Below are positions 1 through 12,572 of a stretch of DNA of 64,000 nt, one piece after another. Where the stretch lies: assembly GCA_965112155.1 (NCBI GenBank), contig OZ218106.1. One strand, given 5' to 3'. The notes below the pieces were generated by a model, which was given only the letters and a program-made list of their open reading frames with translations, searched no databases and had not been told where the DNA came from. The translations under genes were made by a program, and so were the position numbers. Each line of letters starts with the position of its first letter. Positions within the stretch are counted from its first letter, which is position 1. The DNA is from Podarcis liolepis (Eukaryota).

Positions 1-290
1 TTGTTTTAAAAGATTTATCCCTTGCCTTTGCATCAATTAATGTTCAAGATGGCTTACATATAAATAACATTAAAATAATACAAAAATAGATGTATTAAAA
101 CTTTACCAAACAGCCCAGTAGGGAGCAGCTAAAACAATAAAACAATTTCCCTTGTGAACAAAAGTTTGAGAAAACAAACAGAATTAACCTATTAATTAAT
201 TTGTTCAGACAGAACTCAGATAAGTAATGAACCCTAGAGCCCGATACCACATAGCAGAAGTTGCTTTATCGAGACAGTATTTCTCACTGT
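1..290 (-). mobile_element. Decayed L2-type LINE 3' end
   Basis: Begins with gatttatcccttgcc...tcaagatggcttaca followed by an A-rich stretch. This resembles the reverse complement of squamate L2 3' UTRs. Highly diverged; boundaries approximate. Confidence 0.3.
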
Positions 291-3164
291 ACTATTGTCA
301 GTTTTATACACACAGACCAATTAAATGAGCAAGTCAATATATATTCTGGATGTACGTTCAGCAGAAATATATACTTTTCGTTTGGTTTATGTTGCATGTT
401 AGTGGCACTCCTATATTGCACTTAGTACTTATGAAATAGAATTAACTCTTGTCTGATTCAAGCTACCTGTCTCTTGCATTAAATCATAACTTGCAGAGTG
501 TCAGCAAAAGGCCACCTCTTGACAAAAGGTCATTTCAGTACCAGTACTAGGTGTTTGAAACACTTCTTTTGACACCAGAGTGCGTTAATTGTTCATGGAA
601 CCCTTCCCCTTTCAGTGTTGCTTTAAGGCATTCTGGCTCAGCTTAAAGTCAGTCAAGCAAAATTGGAGCATCTGGTTGCCGTGTCAAAATAGCATAGGCA
701 ACTTCAGTGTAGCACCCTAGTGGATAATCTCAACTCAGAATACAAACAATACATTAGTGATTGCCAGGAGGCTACAGTTCCTATTCCTTTGAAATAAGTT
801 GGAAAAAAATTATGTACACAAACACACAAATGTAAATTAAGCTTATCATTTTCTCTGCCCTATTCTGGCACTTCCTGTTTTAAATAGTTGACCATTGCTT
901 GGAAATTCATTTCATTTAACTCATTTTCAACATATGAGTTAATTGTTGTGCCATTAATATCTCTTTAATATGTACTTTAAACATACACTTTAAATTATAT
1001 GATGAGAGCATGAAAATGAGTGTCACGTAGAACCCATGCATCACTTTAAAAAGAAAAAGAAAAAGTTGTGTGGTGGTTTAGTACTAGTTAAAGTTATTAA
1101 TATTACAAGTGATTGAAACTGGTGGTAATTTCTGTGGCTGCTTTGCTATATAGTATTATATCAATTGTTTATAGCTTGTCCACAAAACCTCACTCCGGCT
1201 TAATGGTTTACAGTAAGTAATAGGTGATCCTGTACAAATTCATATTGTGTTTATCATATTCTTTGGATGTTAATGGCTTTTAGGGTACAATTCTGCAAAA
1301 TGAAATGATTAAATACATACCACTTACTTCTTAGAGAGAATAATTTAAATTCTATTACTATTTGTCCTGAAATGGATGCAAAATAATACTGTCAGAGAAG
1401 CACATATGACATCTGACAGTAGATCCAGACCTAACCCCCAGGGCAGATTACTCCTGCCCCAGGCAGGAATAGTCTATGCATAGCACCAGGTCAGCAGGTC
1501 AGGCAGTATAAATGCTTAAAGATTCTAAGCTTATACCACCTCATATCTGTCCCTGCCTCAAAGTGCTACCTCCTGTGGTTCTGACACAAGTGACCTCCTG
1601 AGTGTATGCCTGTGCTGTGGAAGTTAAAGGAAAGATTTCCCCCCTCTGACTATGCACATAGGATATGACTTTTAAAGGAAGTTGCCATAGCCTGAATCTT
1701 AAATCAATGAGAATACTTTTCAGTCAGTCAGTGAGAAAAGAGTTAAGCATATGATGGATGTTTGAAAAATCATTTCATAGCACCAGAGGATGCAGTCCTG
1801 ACTTAGTATTTATTAATTAGCAGAATTTGGCTTTGCTGGGTTTCATTCTCACCCCACCCCCAGGAAGACGTTGCTTCAGCAGTGATTTAGAAGAGACTCT
1901 GCTTTGTGGCTGTCAGCCAGCACTCAATGTTAGCAAGTGCTTACATTTGCTTCTACACTCCATTCTTGCACTCCTGGGCAGGTAGCCAGGCTCTCTACCA
2001 TCAGCCCTGAAGTCTATACCTGATTCACCATCTCCTTTGCCACCACTTTGTATCTGCATTAGTTTATGTTATGGTTACCAGATGTCCCCGGTTCCCGGGG
2101 ACAGCCCCCGGATTTACCAATCTGTCCCCAGACAAAATCTATCTCTGGAATGTCCCTGCATTTAAATTAATGTCCCTGGATTAATCATATGCCTGGGCAC
2201 TTCCAGACCCTCCCCAGAGCCCGAAGCAAGCATCCACTACAGCTCCAGAGAGGTGCAGCTGGGCTTTGGTGCAACTCTCCCACCTATCAGCTGACATGCA
2301 AAAAGAAACCTCCCTCTCTGTCAGCTCTGCAAACAGCCCTGCTCCTCCTGCTTGCTTGCTTGAGCCGGAAAGGCAAGGCTGCTCTTTGGACCGGCGGAGC
2401 TGAGGTGTAGGGAAGAAGCCTCCCTGCATGACATCTCTGCAAGCTACCCTGTCTCTCCTGCTTGCTCATGAGGAAAAAGGATCACTTTTTTCATGCCTTT
2501 AAAGCCCCCTGTATTCTGCCTGCTTGTGAGCTGAGCTACCAAGCTGGCAGAAAGCAGGATGCTGCCTTGAGCCTTCCCTTTGCTCTCCCAGACAGAGGCT
2601 GTTGCTTCAAAGTTAAGGGTGGTGGTGGGGAAATTGTCTTGCCTCATTTACTCCATTCTGCATGTTTGTGAGCTATATTGGACTGCCTTCCTTCCCTCCC
2701 TTCTCTCTGTGTAATTGTCTGTCTCCCCATTTTTTCCTCCGTACCCATAAACTCTTCCAAATTCTCCCTTTGTCTTTTCACACATTTGGTTCCCCAAGCC
2801 TATACATCATTATGTGCTGCTGCTACATTTTTATTCCCTTGCACCCACCCCCACTAGCAAAAAATAAAAGGGGAGGAATGTTTTATGTTTATTTTGGGGG
2901 TGTTTATGTTGGTTCCCCCTAAAGAGCTTTCCTGTTCCCTTCTTATTAAAAAATGAACCTTAAAAAAATTAAAATGAACCTTTAAATAAATTAAAAGAGG
3001 CTACCTCTGCTTGCTTGCTTGCCTCCCTCCCCTTCCCTTCCCTTTAATAAAAAGGGAGAGATTGGTGGGATGGGGCTTGGGGGGGTATCTTCTGTGTCAC
3101 AATAGGTGTAAATGGAGCAGAGAAGCCTTATGCTCTTTTAAATTGCGACTGCTCTTTTTGAGGT

Positions 3165-3232
3165 ACCTCCATTGCAGGGGGTTGGCCTAGATGCCCCTCA
3201 GAGGTCCTTTCCAAAGCTGTGATTCTGTGATC
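3165..3232 (+). mobile_element. CR1 LINE extreme 3' end, inside the hAT element
   Basis: cattgcagggggttggcctagatgcccctcagaggtccctt-like stem-loop followed by the tail gctgtgattctgtgat (the ATTCTRTG repeat typical of CR1). Confidence 0.7.
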
Positions 3233-3496
3233 ATCCCACAGTCATATTCTCAAACTTGGCTGACGCCCGTGCAGGAGACATCCACAGGTGGGCAGGGCAG
3301 CAGCAGATGGAAGGGGTTTCTGCTAACGCTTACTCCTGAGTAAGTCTGTAAGGGATCGCAGTGCAAGGTGGGAGAGGAAGGGAGTGGAAACATGGCTAGT
3401 GCTCCAAGAAAGCAGGCTGGGACCCAGAGGAAGGCCAAGCAACAGAGGAGACCACAGAAGAGAAGATATTACTTTTTAATTTTTTAAAATAACTTT

Positions 3497-3499
<3 letters not shown>

Positions 3500-3527
<28 letters not shown>
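3500..3527. repeat. (AC)n microsatellite
   Basis: Read directly from sequence. Confidence 0.95.
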
Positions 3528-3528
<1 letters not shown>

Positions 3529-4616
3529 TTTATATAAAGTGTCCCCGGATTCATTGAAAAAAATCTGGTAACCTTAGTTTATGTAGGCTAAGCAAAATAT
3601 CTGGAAAAGGCTTTATTTTGTGCAGAATTCAAACACAGGCTGTTTAATTGTGGGAAATGGCTCTTCCACGAGCAGTAGTCAGCTACCACAAGAGGAAGAT
3701 CTTTGAATTTCAGCCTAATAAATACACAGATTTTGTCTTTAATCTGCTAGTTATGTGTTTTCATATTGGGTAATCACTTAGTATGTGTTTTTCTCAAAAC
3801 ATTTTCCTTATGTATAAAATGAAGCAAATGACAGCTGAGTTGTCTGGAAATTATTTTATGCTTAGACTTAAAAATACATGCCAAAGATTATTGTGTAAAT
3901 AAATACATTTCATTATTACCACTAAAAAGCACAGATCTCTGGGGTAGAACATGGCAACTTTTTAATTGCCCACAGCAGGACCACACAAGAGCTCAGGACA
4001 GCATGTGAGAGTGGATATTAATGCAACTGAAATTACCAGGAGAACTTGGTATATTTTCGAGAGCCATATGATCATTGCTCCCGAGAGTCATTAGGGAAAT
4101 TCAGTGAGTTAAATAGCTCCCTTTTGTAATGTAATTGGACTAGGGATTTTCTCATCTGAAAAGCTGGAGCAGCAAAGGTACCATGTATGAGTTAATACTT
4201 TTATGTGTTAAAGTGTTAAGTGTTGTGAAGTATGTCTCTGACATATATAGTCAAGATAGACTGAGTATGGAATAACATTATGACATTAATACACTAGTAA
4301 TCCATACCCTTTCTTGAGACAGAGGTAGAGTGTGTTGCAGTTTATGCCCATGAATGGAACGTTGGCACCCATCTGCCATTCTTTCTACCTGCTGAAAAGT
4401 AACTTTTAAAGAAAAGTTTGGAATAATTGCCCAGACCAATGGAATAATACTGGTTTTAGGAAATTGAAGATGGCAGATTACCACAGATTAATGTCCTCTC
4501 AGTACATTAATTATATCACAAAATATCATTTACTAATAGTGAATTTTGTGATTAGCACATGATTACTCTACATGCTTACCAAAGGGCAATAGCTAACGAT
4601 TATGACCAGGGTGTAA

Positions 4617-4645
4617 TGTGTGTGTGTGTGTGTGTGCGCGCGCGC
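4617..4645. repeat. (TG)n(CG)n compound microsatellite
   Basis: tgtg...tgcgcgcgcgc, read directly. Confidence 0.9.
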
Positions 4646-5103
4646 AAAACTTAAAAGTCAGCTTGGAAGAAAGAAAACACAACTGCCAGTAAGAGAAGAG
4701 AATTTCTGTTCTCCTTATCTCCCTATTGTCCTTTCTTCCAAACCATACTTGATTGTAAGGTTTCTGGGTTGAAACGTACCTGGGAGTTACAGACATTTAA
4801 ATGGAAGCCCTGCCCCTCCCCCAGTGAGTAGCTGCTGGTTTCAACAAGGACTAACTAAATAGGAAAAAGTGATCGGTCCAACGGGGGGGGGGGTTACGGA
4901 CTACTTTCTGCCCTCTTTAGGAAACCAGATGCCAAGGCCAATTGTTTAGGCACTAGTGGCACTGGAAGCTTGGCAGTTTGCATTCCTATTTGTAATAGAA
5001 GAGAGCTAACTGTCTAAGACTGAACTATCCAGAAACACCCATCATCTCTGTCTGTTGGCCATGCTGGTTAGGCCTGATGGGAGCGTCATTCTATTCTTTT
5101 CAG

Positions 5104-5214
5104 ACTGTGTGGTTTGTGAGAGTGTGAACGCTGCTGTACTGGAAGGTCCAAATGTATTCCAGCAGGAAATCGTCAGTTCGTTGTTATCAGAGTGGCCATC
5201 AAATTTTACCTAAG
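5104..5214 (+). other. Possible small non-coding or cryptic exon
   Basis: Acceptor ctattcttttcag| and weak donor AAG|gtgaac. 111 bp with several CpGs. All three frames contain a stop. Confidence 0.2.
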
Positions 5215-6167
5215 GTGAACTTTGGAGTTAATCTTGGAGGTTGCCACCTCAGTGAAAAATCTAAGGAATTTGGGGGAATGGAGAAAGAGCTGCACCAAGA
5301 TTAACAAAACTATAGGGGAAGTCTCCTATTTTGAACCCACAGAAAATTGTAATGAAGCTGTGCCAAGACTGTCACCTGCTTTTCATATTCACATTAGGAT
5401 TTGTGGGTTAGTGAAGAAGTTGCCTGTGCAGTGGGACTACATTTTCAATAGAATTTCACTTAGAGTGAAATGAAGTCAAATGTTGAACTTTTTGCTTGGA
5501 AGAATGAGTGAAGAAATGTTGAGTGAAGTTAAAAGAATTCCAGAGGGACTAGCAAAAGATGTGGGTGGCAGATATACACATAACACTAATGGTTACTTCA
5601 TTCTTTCCCTTTCAATGTCAGCTTTTGAATTATTCTTGTAAGAACATGCATCTGACACTTCATTTGTATGGCTCTGACATTACAGTTCCACTTCTACTAT
5701 ATTGATTAGTTTGCAACATGTAAAAGGATGATATTTTTGCTGTGCAGGAAAACAAGTGCTTCAAGTACTTACTCACTATGTATTTCTCAATGATGGGCAC
5801 CATTGTTTTTTTTATTATTATTATTATTTCAGTGAAGTACCACAAGCAGCATGCTAGAGGCCTCCTTGCAAAACACCAAAGAATTCCCTGCTCCACTTAC
5901 TCACAAAGAAATTGAGAATAAAGTCCTTGACTTAAGCATAGATTCACTTTTATTACTTAAGCATTGTAGTGGAGTCATAATTGCAGAAAAGAGCATTTCA
6001 ATAGCTACTTAAAAACCGGATTTTGTTGCAATCTCAAAGAAGATCCAAGGACATACACTTTGAACACTACTTGAGTTTTCCATTATGGTTTGATAATTAG
6101 GTTGGAAAGAAGTTAACCTTGAAAAATCTACTGAAAAATATTATTCTTTAAGTTTGGCCTCTATTGA

Positions 6168-6320
6168 GAGAAGTTGTAAGGGGTAGTTGCTAGCATTGTG
6201 AGCTGTAAGCCATGAAATCCTGGTTCAAATTTCACCTCATATTTGAGCTCATTGGATGTTATGAGCAAGCCGCTGCACCAGCCTGGTTTTCCCATCTGCG
6301 ATATACAGAGATGGGAATCC
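6168..6320 (+). mobile_element. Old tRNA-derived CORE/MIR-like SINE
   Basis: Degenerate B box cctggttcaaatttc and CORE-like gcctggttttcccatctgcgata. Confidence 0.5.
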
Positions 6321-6579
6321 CTCCCTCCATTGATATACCTTAGATTGGCAGGCAACTCTGCCTTTAGTAGCACAGGACCTTCTATCTTCTCTGGTGTACC
6401 CAGCCAGTTTATATCTGCTGCAGTTTATCCTTTGTTTAAATTTTGTAGAGATTTGGTAATTCTGTAGATGCTTTCAGAGTTTGTTCCCATAACTCCGCCA
6501 TGACCCTTCAACACCACTCCCAGCTGCCTCCTACATTTGAATTCATCCTTCCATTTCAAGTTGTTTTACACCGGTTTTA

Positions 6580-6716
6580 ATGTGTTTCAATTATATTAGT
6601 ATGGTGTTCCTGTATAAGAACTTTGTTTTGTTCCTTTATATTTTGTTGGAAGCCACCCAGAGTGGCTGGGATAAACCAGTCAGATGGGTGGGGTATAAGA
6701 AATTTGTTGTTGTTGT
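6580..6716 (+). mobile_element. L2 LINE 3' tail
   Basis: gttggaagccacccagagtggctggg...cagtcagatgggtggggtata followed by a (GTT)n tail. A related tail is seen at 57130-57190. Confidence 0.65.
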
Positions 6717-8789
6717 TTATTACCACTCTGAGAACCAACCTCCTGGACAAGGACTTAAATACTTCAGAATAAAAGCATAATTATTATTGTTAGTTGCAGC
6801 TAGGCAACTCAGTGTGCATGAGTTTGGAACACTGGTGCAGGATACATGACACAAATGCTGATGCAACTTTCCCATGGCAGAGTTTCAGCCTGTTTGCTTT
6901 GGGTAGCTTCAGAAGTTACAAACAAGCACTTTTTAATTTGTAACTAAATTGGGGCAGAACATCTGGTAGATTGAAAGATGCATGAGTTCTGGCTAGTGAT
7001 AGGTGAATACTGCTCCTTCCCTAGTTTTCCTTGAATTAGCTCATATCAATCTAGTTTTCTCCCAACTGGGAAATTGCTTAGACTATTCAGAGACAATCTG
7101 AATTAAATCAGACTCTGTAGTGCATCTAGTCAAGGGCATAGACCAATCCTTCTCTGATCCTATCCTTAAGCATTGAATTGTACTCCTGCCTGCCTCCCAT
7201 CAAGCTAAAACTCTGCAACCCACTCACTGGCCTCCAACCACTTTCTTCAACCATCTGTTAACAAGTTTACCTTGGAACTATGGCTCCAGTGGAGAGGGAT
7301 TGAGATTTTTCTCCTTCCTACCCTTAGCATCCATCCTGCTTTTGTGACAGCACCAGGCACCAACAGAAGGCAAAGGGGTGGGAGATACTGCTGTGCTTAC
7401 TTTTTCCCCAGTGTCAGAGCTAAAAGCAAAAACAAGAAGGAATGTAAAGAGGGGAAGGTGTTGCTCAGTATAGGTGAGAGCAGTGCTGGGCAGGTGCCAG
7501 AACTCACCATGAATGCCTCCCTTGTTCTCTTATAATGGACGATGGCATCCACCTGAAAGGTGTCGGAACTGAGTTCCAGCTGCAAAAAAGCCCTGGCTGA
7601 GGGGAAAGAATTCTCTGGATCAGCTTGAAATATGAGCTGGAGAAGAACTCAAACACAAAATGAAAGTGCTTTGGCAATTTCTAATTTTAAGTATGAGCTT
7701 TCCATAAAAAGAGAAAATTCCTTCTGATGAGAGAATTGTGAGGATATGTGTTAGGTCTAATCAAGAGCACACAAAAATGCACTTGAGTACATTCAAATCT
7801 TTGTACTGTCTATATATGTCCATTGCATCATGGCCAGAAACTTTAATAACCCTCCCCACAAATAGTGATTTTTGAAGAATGCTACACTGCTACACATGAG
7901 GGTTTGTTCTCTAATATAAAGTATGTTCTTGTTTCAGTGGCAGCTTTCTGCCCTTCTCTTTCATTATGCTGTTTGACAATTAAGTGCGGAATGTGAAGAA
8001 TTGTTTTCAGATATGATTGTATTATTTTCATTCTGACAGGGATTTAAAATTGAAAGAAATCTATTTTTCAGCTTCACACTACCAAAATTAGGCAAAGGGG
8101 GTTCCAAGTTAAAATAGATTACAGAAGAACAAATGAAGTTGTGAGTTTTCTTCAGTGTAAGGCTGCTTTTGAAAAGTCACTCATCTAATCTGAACTAGAA
8201 GCTTAAATATGATTTGCCCGGAAACCAAAATATAGCCTGAAACCTGATCTGGATCTGAACTTCTCCTCTCTTGCCAAATAAAAGCATACTTAACTTCATT
8301 TTGAGAGAATGGCCAGATGTTCATGCTGCTTTTTACTTTAGCTAAGCAAGTTCACCCACCTCTAATTGAAATCCTGAACATTAATACCTCTCAGGTGCTT
8401 TGCAGTGAGCAAATGTCATCCACATACATTTTTATTTTTGTATTTAATGTTGTATTTTCATGTAGTTGTTAGTGGTGAATATATGTAGACCAGGAGGGAA
8501 CATACACCCCAGCAGAATATGTGCATACTACATACAGACATATCATCCATTCTGCATGCTATATGAAAGGCCTTTGTACAAGTATTGTGCATCTATGTCA
8601 ATGGAATAGTGGAACAAGTGCAACCAATATATATTCTTTCCTTTGATATTCATAAATATTTAATTAAAATATTGATATACTGCATTGCCTAGGTTCATAC
8701 CAGAACGCAATGAAACCATAATAACAATGAGCCAAAAGAAATTTGGCAGTGAACAACAACTCAAATCAGCAGCTCACGTCACCTCCCAT

Positions 8790-9040
8790 AGGCCAGGTGC
8801 ACCAACTCTAGGGGAGGGGACCTCAGCACCTCAATATTTGTTTTAAGGGGCCCAGGCCCCTTCAATCTTGAGGTGGACCTGTGCGCACAACATGCTTTAT
8901 GTGTTGCAGGTCCTCCAGTGCTCAGCTTCCTCCGTTGCGCACACATCGCACATGCGTCATTATAGGTGTGTGACACACATGACATTACACACGCGCAGCA
9001 CCCCACCCCCCAATCTTGGGAGCAACCTGGTTCCTCTACC
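8790..9040. mobile_element. Decayed GC-rich MITE (probably hAT-derived)
   Basis: GC/CpG-rich island in AT-rich context with degenerate terminal complementarity (gcaccaactc ... gcaacctggttcc). No clear TSD. Confidence 0.4.
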
Positions 9041-9325
9041 ATAAGCTATCCAGGACCAGAGGCCTTGCAGCCCCTAAAGAAAACCACCAGGAAGAGGCTC
9101 ATCCCAACCTTCACAGGCAAACAATTGTATGGACTTTGAGCAATTGCACTGACGGTTTTATTCATGTGAATGGAATTTTTTCCTAAGCCTAATTGCCATG
9201 GGAGATAAGAGGAGTAGGGGGAAAGAGATAAGGGGAGAAATTAGGGAAGAAAGAGATGATGTTTAAAAGACCGTATAGCTGGAAGATAAATGTATATGAG
9301 TGTGGATGGATGGGTTAGATGAATA

Positions 9326-9327
<2 letters not shown>

Positions 9328-9395
<68 letters not shown>
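9328..9395. repeat. (GT)n(GA)n compound microsatellite
   Basis: Read directly; abuts the SINE tail. Confidence 0.95.
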
Positions 9396-9397
<2 letters not shown>

Positions 9398-9398
<1 letters not shown>

Positions 9399-9764
9399 AA
9401 GGTAAAGGACCCCTGAAAGTTAGGTCCAGTCACAGACGAGTTTGTGGTGCTCATCTCGCTTTACAGGCCAAAGGAGCCAGCATTTGTCTGCAGACAGTTT
9501 TTCCGGGTCGTGTGGCCAGCATGACTAAGCTGCTTCTGGTGCAACGGAACACCGAAACCAGAGTAGCGCACGGAAACGCGGTCTACCTTCCCGCTGGAGC
9601 GGTACCTATTTATCTACTTGCACTTTGATGTGCTTTCGAACTGCTAGGTTGGCAGGAGCTGGGACACCGAGCAACAGGAGCTCACCCCGTTGCAGGGATT
9701 CAAACCGCCAACCTTCTGATCGGCAATCCCAAGAGGCTCAGTGGTTTAGACCACAGCACCACCC
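9398..9764 (-). mobile_element. Sauria SINE, near full length
   Basis: On the minus strand: tRNA-like head gggtggtgctgtggtctaaaccactgag...ggcggtttgaatccc, the typical body, and a 3' tail ggggtcctttaccttt. Homologous to the copies at 24839 and 33026. Confidence 0.9.
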
Positions 9765-10270
9765 ACTGTGTGTGTGAATAGTTGTACGTAAATGTGGTGT
9801 GTATGGATCCATAGATACGAATGGAGTGTCGCTTTGTTCCTACCCTCTTTTAGCTGTCCACCACTACCATGTGAGTCATGAAAGGTTACCTATAAGGAAA
9901 TGCAGGTTTTAACCTTAAAATGGTTTCCCTGCCATGTTCATGTCAAAATCTACAGAAAGCTTAAAGCAGTCTTGGTCTCCTTAGCAAACTGAAACCCTGA
10001 TTGAAATAGTTAGAAAAAAGATGCCACATCTAGAAATGATTCAACCTACTCTGCTACCATATATTCAAGCCATCTTTCCTAAAAAGAGAAGTTGTCATCG
10101 TTGCAAATGATGACTTTATAAGAAGCCACTGTCATCTTTTTTAATGGCAATGGCAACCTGTCCTCCTTCATATTCACAACCCTAGCTAACGGTCCACAAT
10201 GCTCCATCCTACTGCCCTTGACTAACAATAGTGTATACTAATCTAGTGGTTATGGGTATAGGCTAAACAG

Positions 10271-10408
10271 CAGGGCTGGGAAAACATTGGCTCACTCAGT
10301 GCTGCTGAACTACAACTCCCATTATCCCTGACCACTGGCCATGCTAGTTGGGGCTGATGGGATTTGGAGTCCAACAAAATCCAGAGGGCTGCAGGTTCCC
10401 CAGTCCTG
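10271..10408. mobile_element. Short hAT-type MITE
   Basis: Termini cagggctgggaaaac / gttccccagtcctg. 8-bp TSD ctaaacag / ctatacag (7/8). Internal imperfect palindrome actcccattatccc...gggctgatgggatt. A fragment of the same family lies at 5030-5083. Confidence 0.75.
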
Positions 10409-11003
10409 CTATACAGTCTCAAGCACTCTTCTGACAGCCAAGGAATAAATACTGTGCTGGTGTACATAAAAATGGCTAGAATTTGGATACATCCCTGGCC
10501 CAAACATGATATGCATTAGAGGCGCTGAAACCCATGATGATCCACAACAGTTAATTCAGTCTTCCTATATACTACCTAACAATGCAATTTAGTCACAACA
10601 CCTGGAAGTGACTTTGCAGTAGCTGTTCCCCAGCCCAAACACTTTCTAGAATTAATGTAGGCTTTTATTCAGTAGTAGCAATATTATTATAAAAGGAAGG
10701 TTTTGACAGCTGGGGAATAGGTACAGAGGTTTCATAGTTAAATATTTTTATCTGTGTTTAATGTTCAAATACATAATAATTTGGCATTTTGTGCCTTGGT
10801 TCACACTTCCCACAGGATTTGCACTTGAGGTTTTATGTTAAAATACAGCAACAAAAGAAGAAATGTCTACAGAATTTTCATTGAAGCGAAGTGCCTGAGA
10901 TGCTCAGAGTCAGAGCTGCAATAGCTAAAGAAGAATTGTTAAACAATACACATGTTTAGCAGTCTCCATTGTAGTGGATCCTAATATATTACTAATGTGA
11001 CAG

Positions 11004-12130
11004 CTGTGAGTGTTGCAAGATGGAAGACTTATTATGCAGTCTGAAACTTAAGACAGATATTTCTGGTCACTGTCTCTTCTTGTCTGTGCCAACAGAAATT
11101 GTCTGACTACTAGAGGGCAGAGCCTAAGTGGTGGACTGGAGTGAAAGTCTCCACTCCATTCCGCTTCATCTTTCTTCATCTTTCCATTACTAGCACCTCT
11201 GATTTTATTTCTGGAGTCACAGTGGCACACATGGCTCTGATCCCTTTCCTTATATGTCTATGCTGGGTAGCACTGACATGTAACTCAGAGGACATGACTA
11301 AAGGAAATATGTGGGATCCTGCTGAAAATAATACCTTCATGCTTAACGTTCCTCTTTCCTGAAATGTGTGGGAACACCCTCTCATAACATCATGTTGCAA
11401 GTCTGCCCCACAAGTCACATCTGTTGAGGTGTAGTGGGCACAAGCGTGAGCATTTCTTTAAATTGTGGGGAGGACTGGGATAAGTAGATATGGGAATGTT
11501 TTTACCAGTATCCTGTTCCCATATGTCAGACATAGCTCCAGCCTGTAGATGCCTCAGATGTTAATACTTCCAAGGTATACACTACGCCAGTTATAATTGC
11601 AAAAATGCTGGGTTCTCAGAGCGTTTTGTAACAACACGGTATTAAAGATGTAAAGAAATCTGCAGAATAAATCCTTTATAGGCCTATAATATGGTAAGAG
11701 AAGCAATGCACATGTGGGAGTCTTACTAACATCTGTTATTTCTGACTTGAAGCAATGTCAGAGGGTATATTTGAATAAATGGTAGGATTTGCTACTTTGC
11801 CAATAGATTTCTATGGCTGTGATTCATAAACTGCTGGTCTATACATAAATACTTACGCTTAACATTTAAGTGGATGAGTCAGAAGACAACAGCAAGACTA
11901 TAAGTTGCCTGATGGAGAAACATGTAAACTATATGCAATTACCCCAATAAATCTGTTTGCCACTTCTCGGGCAGATGGCTTTGTGGATGGGCCTCCAGTC
12001 CACCACTCAGGCTCTGCCCTCTAGTAGTCAGACAATTTCTGTTGGCACAGACAAGAAGAGACAGTGACCAGAAATATCTGTCTTAAGTTTCAGACTGCCT
12101 AATAAGTCTTCCATCTTCCAACACTCACAG
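11004..12130. repeat. Long inverted repeat: 138-bp arms (11004-11141 and 11993-12130), 851-bp spacer
   Basis: Manual alignment of arm 1 with the reverse complement of arm 2 gives 135/138 identical positions and no gaps. Confidence 0.95.
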
Positions 12131-12381
12131 ATCTGTAGGCGCAGACCATCCCCCGATTCAATATAGTTTGTTAAGAAAATTGCCAAACTCGGATCCACTG
12201 GCAACTCTAGGCCATTTCTCTATGGTAGTTTATCTTAAAGTTTTTATGTGTTTATATGCCTACCGCATTTTAAAACTTAAAATCCATTGTTGTATATTGT
12301 TTTAAATGTTTGTTTTGCTTTTGGGATTGTAGTTTCATTTGTGTTTCACAAGCTGGTCTCTGACCATAATAAATTTCATGT

Positions 12382-12572
12382 TCATGATGGGAGGGTGTTC
12401 CACAGGGCAGGCACCACTACCAAGAAGGCCCTCTGTCTGGTTCCCTGTAACTTCGCTTCTCTCAGTGAACGAACCACCAGAAGGCCCTCGGTGCTGGACC
12501 TCAGTGTCTGGGCAGAACGATGGGGTTGGAAACACTCCTTCAGGTATACTGGACCGAGGCTGTTTAGGGCCT
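12382..12572 (-). mobile_element. L2-clade LINE ORF2 C-terminal fragment
   Basis: Minus-strand translation ALNSLGPVYLKECFQPHRSAQTLRSSTEGLLVV...RAFLVVVPALWNTLP matches the typical L2 ORF2 C-terminal pattern (GP.YL ... LRSS ... RAF...P.LWN.LP). Confidence 0.8.

Larger units (their letters stand above)
2070..3576. mobile_element. Non-autonomous hAT DNA transposon (Blackjack-like termini), 1507 bp
   Basis: 14-bp TIRs tatggttaccagat / atctggtaacctta (1 mismatch). Perfect 8-bp target-site duplication gtttatgt at 2062-2069 and 3577-3584. Repeated subterminal tgtccc(cgg) motifs at 2083-2180 and 3540. No transposase ORF. Confidence 0.9.
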
